From an uncultured Candidatus Saccharibacteria bacterium (GTDB lineage: Bacteria > Patescibacteriota > Minisyncoccia > Phycocordibacterales > PALSA-1337), in contig CAZBVQ010000004.1 of the NCBI GenBank assembly GCA_964495685.1, forward strand, positions 1-53,151: 53,151 bases of DNA, given 5' to 3'. This document shows, piece after piece, positions 1 through 9,595 of the stretch. Both the position numbers and the translations under genes were made by a program. Each line of letters begins with the position of its first letter. Positions within the stretch are counted from its first letter, which is position 1. The notes below the pieces were generated by a model. That model ran no database searches and was not told the origin of the DNA. It saw only the letters and a list, made by a program, of their open reading frames with translations.

Positions 1-94
1 CTGACAAGCCGAAAATGTAGCCAGCGATCAGCGCTTTGAGGCTTGGAGGGGAGGATTAGGACGTGCGGGGATATGTCCTGGGTTATTCACAGAA

Positions 95-2596
95 TTAGGG
101 GGTCTCCTTGTACGTCTCAATCTGCTTGATTGCGGCCTCTACCTGATCTTTGTATTCAGGATAGTCCTTGGCAATACCGCGAAGCACTTCCCCTGCCATC
201 CATTTCATACCTGCACTCACGTATGCCTGAGCCAGACCCGATCGGAGTGGGATGCTCTTGGCGTCTCGTGTCAACAATTTCTTGTACAGCGCGATAGCTT
301 TGTCATACTGCTTTATCGACACATACGCATTGGCAACCTTTTCATTTTCGAACAATTCGATCGAGGTCGAAGCGATCGTGCGAGCTTGATCATCATGGCC
401 AGCGAACACGAGACCCATAATATATGCTGATTGTGCCTCAGTGTTGGTCTGATCTGACTCATACGCCTCCTTGAGAAGAGCGACCGCCTCATCATTCCTG
501 CCTAGATTGATATATGAACCCGCGAGTTGAATATTCACCCCTTGTTTGCGTGGCGTGAGTTCATGGGCACGCTCGAGTAGTGGTACCGCATCGACAGGAC
601 GAACTGCATTGAGCATCGATCCACCGATCACATACATACGTGCATCCTGAGGAGCATATGCAGTCTGATCAGCTATAGCGGTACGCGCCAAATCATAGAA
701 TGCCTGCTTGATCGGACCAGGATAGGGTCGAGCGAATACATTGGCGGCACACGACATGATCTGCTCACGGACTTCCTGGTCGGCAGTAGCGGATATAGCC
801 AGCGCGCGTGAAAATAGAGTCGGGTCGGGCATAACCTGCTGTTGAGTGCATGCCGACAACGCGGCAATCAGACGCGTATTGGCTTGGATAGGACGTATCA
901 TAAGCCAGTAGATGCCCGCGGCAAGAGCTAGAATCATAATCGGCATGACTACATACTCGACCATATCCCGATGATACATTCGAGGTGACGATGTCCCTAT
1001 TGATTGACGACGTGAATGCGTACCTGCAAACGCCAATAATGCAAAGAATAGAATGTAACTCGCCGCGTTATCGAACACGAATATATTGTGAATAGCATAG
1101 CCAATAACGAGCCCTGTAAGAACACTTTTCTCTGCAACAGAGGATGACGACCTCCAGAGCGACGCAATCAGAAGCACATAGAGGGCCACATACACAATAA
1201 GACCGACGGCGCCCGCCGCGACAAGCCAGTCGAGGAATACGCTGTGCGCTCGATCGAACCACTGCTCTTGGCTCCACATCTTCGGATTATAATTTGCATT
1301 GAAGATGTAATTGAAATTTTCCTGACCCCAGCCGAGTATAGGACGCTCAGTGAACCCTTTGAGAGCCATCGGCCAAATATACGCACGTGCCTGCGTCTTG
1401 GTATCAGAGAGTGAGATAGAGGCGATACGATCGAGGGATGGACTATTCTTGATAAATGAAGCATCTTTGACCAGATAGAATACACCGCCTGCTACAAATC
1501 CGAGAGCGATGATACCTGTGGCAACCCAGCGTCCGATGATGACGGACCGTTGCGTAACCGCTCCACGACTCATGAATACGTACACAGCCAGTGCGACCGT
1601 GTACGCGACACCAATCCAGAAGAGCCACCACAAGGACAATGAGAACAGACCCATAATGAGCACGAATAATGCGTACAGGATGATGATGAAGGGATAACTG
1701 AGAAGGGCTAGGACTTTCTTCCAAGTAACTCCGGCCACCAAGAGAGCACACATGGCACAGGTAGCGATAATTCCCACACCAAGACCGATGATAGTACCAC
1801 GTGTCTGTGTCTCAAAAATGATAAACGCCCCAAACAACGTGAATGTCAGATACGGCGACATACCGACTGCGACTGCCAATACAATAAGACCAAGTATACC
1901 CTGCGCGACCATCGAGAACATCGGGACGGTGAAAAAAAGGATGGCTAGGGCAACACACACAACAGCGACCACATGCCTCCACACCTTGAGTGCCAGCGTA
2001 CGGAAGAGATAGGCCGCGATACCTAGATGCATGAATACGTATATGGCCAAATACGCAGCGTTACCAAGTGATGCGTCGAGACGGGTGCTCCCTTGGTGAA
2101 TACCAGCCCAGCCAAGTAGCTGGCAGATCGCATAGATCATCACAATACCAGCCACGACCAGTGACGTCTGGAACCAACGACGCCAGAGACGTCTACCCTC
2201 GTCATCTGCACCAAATACGTGAGTCATGACCATGTACAATCCCCACAAATGAGCGACAATCAACCAACCTTCCATACGCTCGAAATTGGACATAATACTA
2301 CGGATCGGATTGACGCCAAGGAGGTCGGCGGCCAATGTCACTACCGCGAACACTGTTACGGTCGTGGTCAGAACTGTCCATCGAGGACGATAACGTGGAT
2401 CCAAGAATGCTAGTACTACCCAGCACGCAAGTGCAATCTCAACAAGAGTCCTGAACAAAAATGCCTTGCCAGTGATAAACGGAAAAAAGAATTCATACGG
2501 TATGCTGAATGGCCATATATGCGGGAGTGGTAGCAGAGCGAAGAATGGCACCAAGAACAGGGCGGCAACAATGATTCGAGTAAGAATTTTCTGCAT
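95..2596 (-). CDS. O-antigen ligase / O-oligosaccharyltransferase (Wzy_C) family membrane protein with C-terminal TPR repeats
   Basis: 833 aa with many TM segments. Wzy_C-like motifs TQTRGT, RAYIW...ERPILGWGQENF and DRAHSVFLD (conserved His). Helical TPR-like C-terminus (AVPLLERAHELTP, YDKAIALYKKLL). Confidence 0.85.
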   Translation of the reverse strand: MQKILTRIIVAALFLVPFFALLPLPHIWPFSIPYEFFFPFITGKAFLFRTLVEIALACWVVLAFLDPRYRPRWTVLTTTVTVFAVVTLAADLLGVNPIRSIMSNFERMEGWLIVAHLWGLYMVMTHVFGADDEGRRLWRRWFQTSLVVAGIVMIYAICQLLGWAGIHQGSTRLDASLGNAAYLAIYVFMHLGIAAYLFRTLALKVWRHVVAVVCVALAILFFTVPMFSMVAQGILGLIVLAVAVGMSPYLTFTLFGAFIIFETQTRGTIIGLGVGIIATCAMCALLVAGVTWKKVLALLSYPFIIILYALFVLIMGLFSLSLWWLFWIGVAYTVALAVYVFMSRGAVTQRSVIIGRWVATGIIALGFVAGGVFYLVKDASFIKNSPSLDRIASISLSDTKTQARAYIWPMALKGFTERPILGWGQENFNYIFNANYNPKMWSQEQWFDRAHSVFLDWLVAAGAVGLIVYVALYVLLIASLWRSSSSVAEKSVLTGLVIGYAIHNIFVFDNAASYILFFALLAFAGTHSRRQSIGTSSPRMYHRDMVEYVVMPIMILALAAGIYWLMIRPIQANTRLIAALSACTQQQVMPDPTLFSRALAISATADQEVREQIMSCAANVFARPYPGPIKQAFYDLARTAIADQTAYAPQDARMYVIGGSMLNAVRPVDAVPLLERAHELTPRKQGVNIQLAGSYINLGRNDEAVALLKEAYESDQTNTEAQSAYIMGLVFAGHDDQARTIASTSIELFENEKVANAYVSIKQYDKAIALYKKLLTRDAKSIPLRSGLAQAYVSAGMKWMAGEVLRGIAKDYPEYKDQVEAAIKQIETYKETP

Positions 2597-2700
2597 GATT
2601 GAGAGATATCAGTGACTAGTATTGATAATAATGAATGGAAGCAATATAACATGTGTGGGAAGAAAGTGCTATAACACAGACTAAATACTCAAAAAAATTC

Positions 2701-4488
2701 CTAGGAGACTACGCGGGCTTGACCATGTTGCATCTTGTAGAAATATGACGCGCTATTTTCTAATAACTCCCGAGGTTTACCGTTTTCAACTATGCGCCCA
2801 TGATCGAGCACAATGATATTATTTGCTTCAGATATCGTCGAAGGGCGATGTGCAATGATTAAGACCGTCACAACCCCACGTAGTTTTGATATAGCCTCTT
2901 GAATAAGTCTTTCTGATTCATGATCGAGGGCACTGGTGGCTTCATCTAATATGAGGAGCGATGGTCTTCCGGCGAGAGCTCGAGCAAGCGCTATGCGTTG
3001 TCGCTGTCCCCCAGAAAGCATAACCCCCCGATCACCAGTGGTTGTTTTGAATCCATTCGGTAAATTTTTAATAAAGCCGTATATGTTGGCCTGCTTGGCG
3101 GCATTTTCTATATCATCCTTGGACAATGATTTGTTATAAAAACGTATATTCTCTTCTATAGTGTCATTAATCAGAAAAACGTCCTGCGGGACATATCCTA
3201 TATGTTGACGCCATTCATCCAAAGACACTGAGCCGCTAGATACTCCGTCTAGTGTAATACAACCCTTACTAGGTTTGAACAACCGCAACACAAGGTCGGC
3301 AACTGAGGTCTTACCCGCCCCAGACGGACCAATAAGACCGACTATTTCACCAGCCCTTATAGAAAAATTGAGATCTGATAGTATGACCTTGTCTTTGTTA
3401 TAAGAGAAATTCACATCTTTGAAGACGAGCTCCCTAACAAAAACGAATGGATTAACACCCTCGAATGACTCACGATGTTCGTCAAGATTGCGTTTGAAAT
3501 CCGAAAGACTGTTGGCATAGGGCAGAAAAGCGCTTACCGATTGCATAGAATTTTGCCCTGATTCTAGATAGGCAAATATTTTTTGTATCAAATAAAGCGA
3601 AGCTGTGAATGAAATAATGTTGAATTGCGGTGTATTGTAAGTGAGTAAAAAGAGAACTACAACAAGTACAAGTGCTGATGGCTGGAAGAAACTTGATGCC
3701 AGTGTACCTGCAAATGACTGTCTTATGGACAAATGTCTTAACAAATGGATATGAGAAATGCCACTAGCGATTGCTGCTCGTTCGACTCCGGCGGCCTTGA
3801 CCGACTTCATACCAATAATATGTTCACTCAAAAACTGTGCGAGTTGCTTCTCTACACCCGCAGCCTCTCTACCAAATCGTAGTGTACGACTTAGGAATGG
3901 TCTCAATGCTACAAGTAAGACGGCCCCACCACCAACAGCGTAGAGAGTCATGGTAGGAGAGATATTTATAGCCACCAAAAGATAGATTATAAAGCCACTG
4001 AAAGATTGTATAACTTGAAGCAGGGCACCCAAGAGTCCACCAGTCTGCTGAACGTCACGCACTAGCGTGTTGTGCATCGTCCCTATTTTCTGCTTTAAGG
4101 AAAAAGCCCAGGATGACAGAAGTGTCCGACGCATGATATCTTCACTCTCTTTTCCGAGAAAATCAGCATTAACCCATGCACGGATATATCCAAATATCAC
4201 TACCGAAATTGCGCGGATCACGAACAAGGCAAGGATAAATCCAAGCAAGTATCTAAAACTAAATGGGATATGCAAGAGACCAAAGAAGTCCTGCACGAAC
4301 TCATTGATAGGATTTGATGCTATCCCACCACCCATAAAGAAGGACATAAGCGGTATAACAGCATTAATACCAATACCCTCCAAAAGCGGACTCACAATAC
4401 CCAAAACCAACAACACGACGACGTGCCACTTGTATCTACTAAATGTGGTCCAAAGAGTGTGTAAGGTATTCTTCATACGAAATGACAT
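2701..4488 (-). CDS. ABC transporter permease/ATP-binding protein (MsbA/PglK-like lipid-linked glycan exporter)
   Basis: N-terminal TM domain, Walker A GPSGAGKTS, signature LSGGQRQR, Walker B LILDEATSALD. The start may be the second Met (4476). Confidence 0.9.
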   Translation of the reverse strand: MSFRMKNTLHTLWTTFSRYKWHVVVLLVLGIVSPLLEGIGINAVIPLMSFFMGGGIASNPINEFVQDFFGLLHIPFSFRYLLGFILALFVIRAISVVIFGYIRAWVNADFLGKESEDIMRRTLLSSWAFSLKQKIGTMHNTLVRDVQQTGGLLGALLQVIQSFSGFIIYLLVAINISPTMTLYAVGGGAVLLVALRPFLSRTLRFGREAAGVEKQLAQFLSEHIIGMKSVKAAGVERAAIASGISHIHLLRHLSIRQSFAGTLASSFFQPSALVLVVVLFLLTYNTPQFNIISFTASLYLIQKIFAYLESGQNSMQSVSAFLPYANSLSDFKRNLDEHRESFEGVNPFVFVRELVFKDVNFSYNKDKVILSDLNFSIRAGEIVGLIGPSGAGKTSVADLVLRLFKPSKGCITLDGVSSGSVSLDEWRQHIGYVPQDVFLINDTIEENIRFYNKSLSKDDIENAAKQANIYGFIKNLPNGFKTTTGDRGVMLSGGQRQRIALARALAGRPSLLILDEATSALDHESERLIQEAISKLRGVVTVLIIAHRPSTISEANNIIVLDHGRIVENGKPRELLENSASYFYKMQHGQARVVS

Positions 4489-4511
4489 AGTATAACAATT
4501 CCGTCAAGGAA

Positions 4512-5288
4512 TCAAATCTCCCTTGCGCTACCCATGTGCAAGACCAAAGGTGTTGGCAGAGACAGTCTCTTTAATTGATCTTCGGAACGAGCATTCTTTG
4601 AAGTCAGATTTTTTATGTATCTGTCACGACGCTTCACACTCCAACCATACGTGTTAAACACCAAATCGCCTTTGCGCGGCAAAATTAACTTGGCCAATGC
4701 TTTGCCTGGCCAAAGTATCTGCTGTGCAACTATAGTTCCCATCTCTTCCATACCAGCATTATCTGGATCACGCAAAGCATCTGCCGCAAGTACGAAACCG
4801 GTATGAACAAGTCGTTCAACAGACCAAATAGCACAGGTATTCCATGGTATTTGAAGGCCATTAGCATTGGAAACGATCACGTCTGACCCAGGCAAGGCCT
4901 TGAAATCGTGTCCTAGAAGAGATGCACCTACTACTAATGTCTGATTATCAAAGTGGGACATCAAGAGAGAAATTATAGACTCAGTTACCGGATACTCCGT
5001 ACTCAAGTACATAATATGTTCAATCTGCTTTTCTGCAGATTTTATCAAAAGAGCATTTGGCGCCTGCACAACCTTGCCCCAAGGTACAACCCCAAAACCG
5101 TTGAGCATTGGATATTTTTTGTGCAAAAATTCCAAACTCCCTGAGAGATCAGCGTCACTGTGTACAGCAATAAATATATTTTCTGGCGGTACCACCAGAA
5201 GTGCCGCATCAACCCATGCAACCAGACGTCTTGTGTCCCCCTTTGACAATCCGTAAAAACGAGTCGCGATACTAAGCTTTTTATACAT
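4512..5288 (-). CDS. Hypothetical protein, possibly a diverged GT-A-fold enzyme
   Basis: 258-aa ORF tightly packed in the operon (next gene ends at 5294). Alpha/beta pattern and an aromatic PWNTCAIW motif; no family confidently recognised. Confidence 0.6.
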   Translation of the reverse strand: MYKKLSIATRFYGLSKGDTRRLVAWVDAALLVVPPENIFIAVHSDADLSGSLEFLHKKYPMLNGFGVVPWGKVVQAPNALLIKSAEKQIEHIMYLSTEYPVTESIISLLMSHFDNQTLVVGASLLGHDFKALPGSDVIVSNANGLQIPWNTCAIWSVERLVHTGFVLAADALRDPDNAGMEEMGTIVAQQILWPGKALAKLILPRKGDLVFNTYGWSVKRRDRYIKNLTSKNARSEDQLKRLSLPTPLVLHMGSAREI

Positions 5289-5293
5289 AAGGT

Positions 5294-5986
5294 CTACAAC
5301 AACGGATACGCGTTTATGGTGAAGCCCGCATCAAAATCTATAACTGATCCGCTCACCCATTTTGCCTTTCCGTCACCAAGCATAACTATGTAATCGGCCA
5401 CCGCTTCTGGAGGTATGAGTTCGTGATGAAGAACACGCTTTTTGGTAGCCTCAAGTATAACTGGATTGGCCTTGGTGGTTTTCATGAGTTTATTTAGGGG
5501 ACCAAGACGAATAGAATGGGTTGAGATGCCATACTGACCCCACTCCACAGCAAGTTCCCTGGTAAGACCTTCGATAGCCGCTTTTGATGTCGCATATGCT
5601 ATACGATTTGGATACGGATGCAGAGAATTCATGGAGGAAATAGTCACGAATGTACCCTTCGCAGCCTTTAAGCCTTCGTACGCAGCTCGAGCAAACAAGA
5701 ATGCACCACGTAGGTTGACATCCATAACAGCATCCCATTCTTGTTCAGTGACCTCCTGAACTGGTTTGACCAAGTTAATTCCAGCCGCATATACGGCCAT
5801 GTCGATCCGTGATGGAAGCTTAGTGTATGATGAGGCAACAGTTGCATCTGGATGATCCGCATCGTTCCAAATCTCGTCTATTTCGTAACCTTCTTTCTTG
5901 AGAGCTGCAACAATGGCAATGCCCAAATTCCCTGTCGCCCCTATTACGACAGCTACCTTTTTATTCTTTAATATCTTCTTATTCAT
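5294..5986 (-). CDS. SDR family NAD(P)-dependent oxidoreductase
   Basis: Start trimmed to MNKKILKNKK (ATG 5986) to remove overlap with the upstream gene. Motifs GATGNLG, YAAGIN, ISS and catalytic YATSK. Confidence 0.9.
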   Translation of the reverse strand: MNKKILKNKKVAVVIGATGNLGIAIVAALKKEGYEIDEIWNDADHPDATVASSYTKLPSRIDMAVYAAGINLVKPVQEVTEQEWDAVMDVNLRGAFLFARAAYEGLKAAKGTFVTISSMNSLHPYPNRIAYATSKAAIEGLTRELAVEWGQYGISTHSIRLGPLNKLMKTTKANPVILEATKKRVLHHELIPPEAVADYIVMLGDGKAKWVSGSVIDFDAGFTINAYPLL

Positions 5987-5991
5987 ATATA

Positions 5992-6567
5992 TTATTTTAC
6001 CTTTTCCCAACTTTTTTTCTTTGCCAAATATACCCAGACATAAGATACATGGCTCTTCGGTTCGGCTACTACAGGGTGGTATCCCATTGGTACTGTGCCG
6101 AAAGTGTGGTCTTTGATCTGCCACACAGAATCAACGGCTGAGTTGTCATACCAAACCCCTTTACCCACTTGAACCCCTCGTTTATTAGCACCCTTTATGA
6201 TGTAGAAGAATACTTCTTCAAATCCTGGTTCAGTATTAAGTTCGAAATCATGAGGCAAACTTGACCAAGTACCCTCACCACGATGGACAGTGATACCTAG
6301 GCGCATAGTCGGAGCAGGGCCTCCGGGCTTTAGATAATGATATACGTCACGCTCGTGATTACCCTCACCCACCACTATCGCGTGGGCATCTTTGGCCTTT
6401 ATAGTCACAGCCTTCTTGCCTGATACAGCAAAGACTACTTTATCGATATTGCCGTCTTTGAGATACACCTCCGCGTGCTCACCCGGAGCATCGAACGTAA
6501 GGATGTCTTTATCCCCGACAACTTTTAGAGTATCCAAATGAGCCTTATTAGACCATTCATATGCCAT
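5992..6567 (-). CDS. IolB/KduI-family cupin isomerase (5-deoxy-glucuronate isomerase-like)
   Basis: TWSSLPH...EEVFFY...VPMGYHPVVAEP...YVWVY resembles the IolB metal-binding motifs. Confidence 0.8.
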   Translation of the reverse strand: MAYEWSNKAHLDTLKVVGDKDILTFDAPGEHAEVYLKDGNIDKVVFAVSGKKAVTIKAKDAHAIVVGEGNHERDVYHYLKPGGPAPTMRLGITVHRGEGTWSSLPHDFELNTEPGFEEVFFYIIKGANKRGVQVGKGVWYDNSAVDSVWQIKDHTFGTVPMGYHPVVAEPKSHVSYVWVYLAKKKSWEKVK

Positions 6568-6616
6568 AGTATTGTTTGTTACTTATTAAATCGGGGCTGC
6601 ACAATGAGGTTTCAGA

Positions 6617-7477
6617 TTATATCACATCTCTTTTCAAGCTCAATATCTGCACATCACCAAAACCAAGTTTTTTGGCCAACTGGTCGAACACTCTCTTGTA
6701 TGGCTGTGGAACTGCCACACTGGGAGCATTGGCTCCAAAACTACAATACGTGTCTATAATCATACCCGTGCGCTTGGCCATTTTTTCCATACCCTCCTTT
6801 GAAGCTACACTCAAATGTTGTACTGGCAATAGATGTGGCCAATTCTCACCGTAAAGCTCCCCCAGCAACCCAAACCGCGGTGTCTCCATAAAAATCTTAC
6901 CTCCTGGTTTAAGTAATTTCTTCAACTTTGCTATAACCACCGTTGGCTCTTCCACATGTTCTATGACATCCCATAGGGTGATGAGGTCAAACTTCATCTT
7001 GGTAGTATCCACTTCTTTCAAAGGAAAGACATCCCAACCACTTGCTCGCGCCTGATCAAGCATCCTTTCCGATAAATCGGTTCCATAAATTTTGGTGTCA
7101 GCACTAAAATATTTTTTGCAAAACTCCAAGAAAACACCGTCGGCGCAACCAAAATCAAGTACTGATTTAATACCTTTTTTGCTAATATGTATATCCTTCA
7201 ATGACATTTCATACTCAGCAAAAACTGTCGAACGATACGACTTGGCATATCGTATCCTGCAGTCAACACCTGGATGTGGTTGCAACCTCTTGTTTAGGTA
7301 ATCATTCTCATAGATCTCTTTTATCTCCGACCGAGAAGGCCTCGGCAGAATCATCAAACTTCCACAACTATTACACTTGTACCATGAGGAATCAAATTTT
7401 TCCCAGCGTACCCGAGCATGAAATGACTTATTCTTCCTATCCCCACACCATACACACGTAGCAGTTTTAAATTTCAT
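6617..7477 (-). CDS. Class I SAM-dependent methyltransferase with N-terminal Cys pairs
   Basis: CVWC and CNSC pairs, VLDFGCADG SAM motif, FDLITLWDVIEHV motif. Confidence 0.88.
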   Translation of the reverse strand: MKFKTATCVWCGDRKNKSFHARVRWEKFDSSWYKCNSCGSLMILPRPSRSEIKEIYENDYLNKRLQPHPGVDCRIRYAKSYRSTVFAEYEMSLKDIHISKKGIKSVLDFGCADGVFLEFCKKYFSADTKIYGTDLSERMLDQARASGWDVFPLKEVDTTKMKFDLITLWDVIEHVEEPTVVIAKLKKLLKPGGKIFMETPRFGLLGELYGENWPHLLPVQHLSVASKEGMEKMAKRTGMIIDTYCSFGANAPSVAVPQPYKRVFDQLAKKLGFGDVQILSLKRDVI

Positions 7478-7479
7478 AT

Positions 7480-8706
7480 TTATGCGATGAATCTCTCCGA
7501 CCTCAACGATTTATAAGCTTCACGTAACGAGTCCGTACGATCATATGCGGCACCCAGGGCAAAACGACGACCAATACAATCTTGTGCATCTATCTCGACT
7601 TTGGCCAACATCGAAGCAACCACATTTTCATCATGATATTTGAAATACCTATCCATATATGCTGGAGTTAGTTTTTCACCAAGAGCCATGCCAATCATGC
7701 CGCCAACAAAATCGGCACCTCGACGCGGTGTGGACCATGATGAATCCCATCCTCCAGAAAGACGAGGTGTAAGCTCGATGATTCTCGGTCCATTCTGTGT
7801 AAGCATGAGATCCGCTTTCAAAAGGTGTCCGCCTTTTTGTTTATCCATACCTATGGCAATGCCAGCTTTCCTGATCATATCTTCAACTGCACGTCTTGTT
7901 TCTTCCGAGTGAGTAGCTGGGTTTATATGTGCCAATTCAACGGCCCATGAAGTATCTCTATATGGATTTTCTTTTTCCTCCCAAATACCATTAAACAAAT
8001 CGAAATCCTTCCGAAAAAGTCGGTCCACCCAGTTGAGCCAAGTCATCCTGCCATCGTACCACAAAGTCTCAGCTGACTGTTCAGCTATCTCACCAACCAC
8101 CGGCACGAGAAGCTCTTCAATTATGACAGAGCCCGTCGTACCATTCCTGACCGCTCGCTCAAAAGCTTCATCTGTAAGTGTCGCCTCGGAATCGATACGT
8201 GAAAAACCGCGACTACCGGAATTATTTGGTGGTTTTAAGGCGGCCGGCAGACCTATTTCTTTCAAAGCCACAAGGGCTTCCTCACGGGTTTTGACCACGC
8301 GGTATTTTGGCTGAGGTATGCCGGCTTTGGTCAACACTTCACGCGTTTCATACTTGTAACGGCACATGTGAGATATCTTCGGATCTATTCCTGGAAGGCC
8401 TAAATACTGGGCAATTATAGCCACAGTTTCATGACAGTCAGCGGCGGAAGTGAAGACCGCCTGAATATCGTATCGTTCTCTTAATTCATCCGCTTTTGTA
8501 AGGTTTTCTTTGATATTGAAAGTGTCCGCATGGACAAACTCATCAGCCATTGGACGAAGTACGCACTTGTCCCAACCGTCGGCGATGATCAAGGCGTACC
8601 CTCGCTCCTTTATCTTCTCGGCCGCAATGCGCTGCATTGGCCCTCCAGCAAAAAGCCATATGGCCTTCGGTTTTTTCAATGAAATTGAGAATGCGGGAGT
8701 TTTCAT
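7480..8706 (-). CDS. ATP-grasp domain ligase
   Basis: Start trimmed to MKTPAF (8706). Motifs CRYKYETR, ALKPPNNSGSRG, IIEELL and IIELTPRLSGG. Confidence 0.85.
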   Translation of the reverse strand: MKTPAFSISLKKPKAIWLFAGGPMQRIAAEKIKERGYALIIADGWDKCVLRPMADEFVHADTFNIKENLTKADELRERYDIQAVFTSAADCHETVAIIAQYLGLPGIDPKISHMCRYKYETREVLTKAGIPQPKYRVVKTREEALVALKEIGLPAALKPPNNSGSRGFSRIDSEATLTDEAFERAVRNGTTGSVIIEELLVPVVGEIAEQSAETLWYDGRMTWLNWVDRLFRKDFDLFNGIWEEKENPYRDTSWAVELAHINPATHSEETRRAVEDMIRKAGIAIGMDKQKGGHLLKADLMLTQNGPRIIELTPRLSGGWDSSWSTPRRGADFVGGMIGMALGEKLTPAYMDRYFKYHDENVVASMLAKVEIDAQDCIGRRFALGAAYDRTDSLREAYKSLRSERFIA

Positions 8707-8707
8707 A

Positions 8708-9595
8708 TTATTTCTTTTTGGCCACAATCATGAACTCACGTCCAATACCTGCTGTGGCCAATCCTGCGTAGAGGTCGTTCAGTATATCAGGATCTTTCTT
8801 ATAAATCATCATCTCGAAATCCTTGCGCTGTTTGTGGCAAACACGTCCGACATTGTGATTACCTATGTAATTTTTCCCCGCAAGCAGAAAAGTTTCAAGT
8901 GGATATGTACCTAGGACCTCCTCTACAATAAATCCTAGACGCTTCAAAAGTCCTGACATGCTATCCATGGTGAAATAATTGAGATGATGTTTTGGCACCA
9001 CCCACCACGGCCCGAAACCGTGCTGGTCTCGCAACGTGAGCTGGAGTGGGTTGAAATCATTAGGACAGAAAATGGCCAATCGACCATCTTTTTTGAGCAT
9101 CTTTTTCATGTCCACAATAAACCCAGTAGGGTTTGGTACATGTTCGAGCACCATGGCCGCATGTACGACATCAAAAGTTCCTAAATGCTTTGCGTCGTCA
9201 TAGTTGAAAAAATTGTTTATTGTTTTCAGGCCGCGCCGATTGCTGTATCTAGCTGCTGGAGCCGACGGCTCAATCCCTACGACTTTCCAACCTCGCTTTT
9301 TGCCGCATGCCAAAAAGTGGCCCGGACCAGAGCCAACGTCAAGCAATTTCCGCCCTCTAGTATGCCTCTCGAACAAAGAATAATAATTATTATACGTGAC
9401 CATCCACCAAGGCAAGTCCTCTTTTGTCTCCTTGAAATAATTGGGTCTTTCATGCTGGTAGAATTCCTGCTCATAGAACATCCTGAGCTCTTTTTCACTC
9501 GGCGTAGGCCACACATGGACAAAGCCACAAGAACGACAATTAATCACTTTTTTTCCGTCCTTTTTCTCCAAGACACGGCCGGCATGCTTTTTCAT
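8708..9595 (-). CDS. Class I SAM-dependent methyltransferase
   Basis: CRSCG motif, LLDVGSGPG, FDVVHAAMVLEHV. Confidence 0.88.
   Translation of the reverse strand: MKKHAGRVLEKKDGKKVINCRSCGFVHVWPTPSEKELRMFYEQEFYQHERPNYFKETKEDLPWWMVTYNNYYSLFERHTRGRKLLDVGSGPGHFLACGKKRGWKVVGIEPSAPAARYSNRRGLKTINNFFNYDDAKHLGTFDVVHAAMVLEHVPNPTGFIVDMKKMLKKDGRLAIFCPNDFNPLQLTLRDQHGFGPWWVVPKHHLNYFTMDSMSGLLKRLGFIVEEVLGTYPLETFLLAGKNYIGNHNVGRVCHKQRKDFEMMIYKKDPDILNDLYAGLATAGIGREFMIVAKKK

Noticed and set aside
83-91. TTATTCACA, matching the DnaA-box consensus
   Set aside because: It is a single 9-mer with no cluster of boxes or dnaA nearby in view, so chance occurrence is expected.
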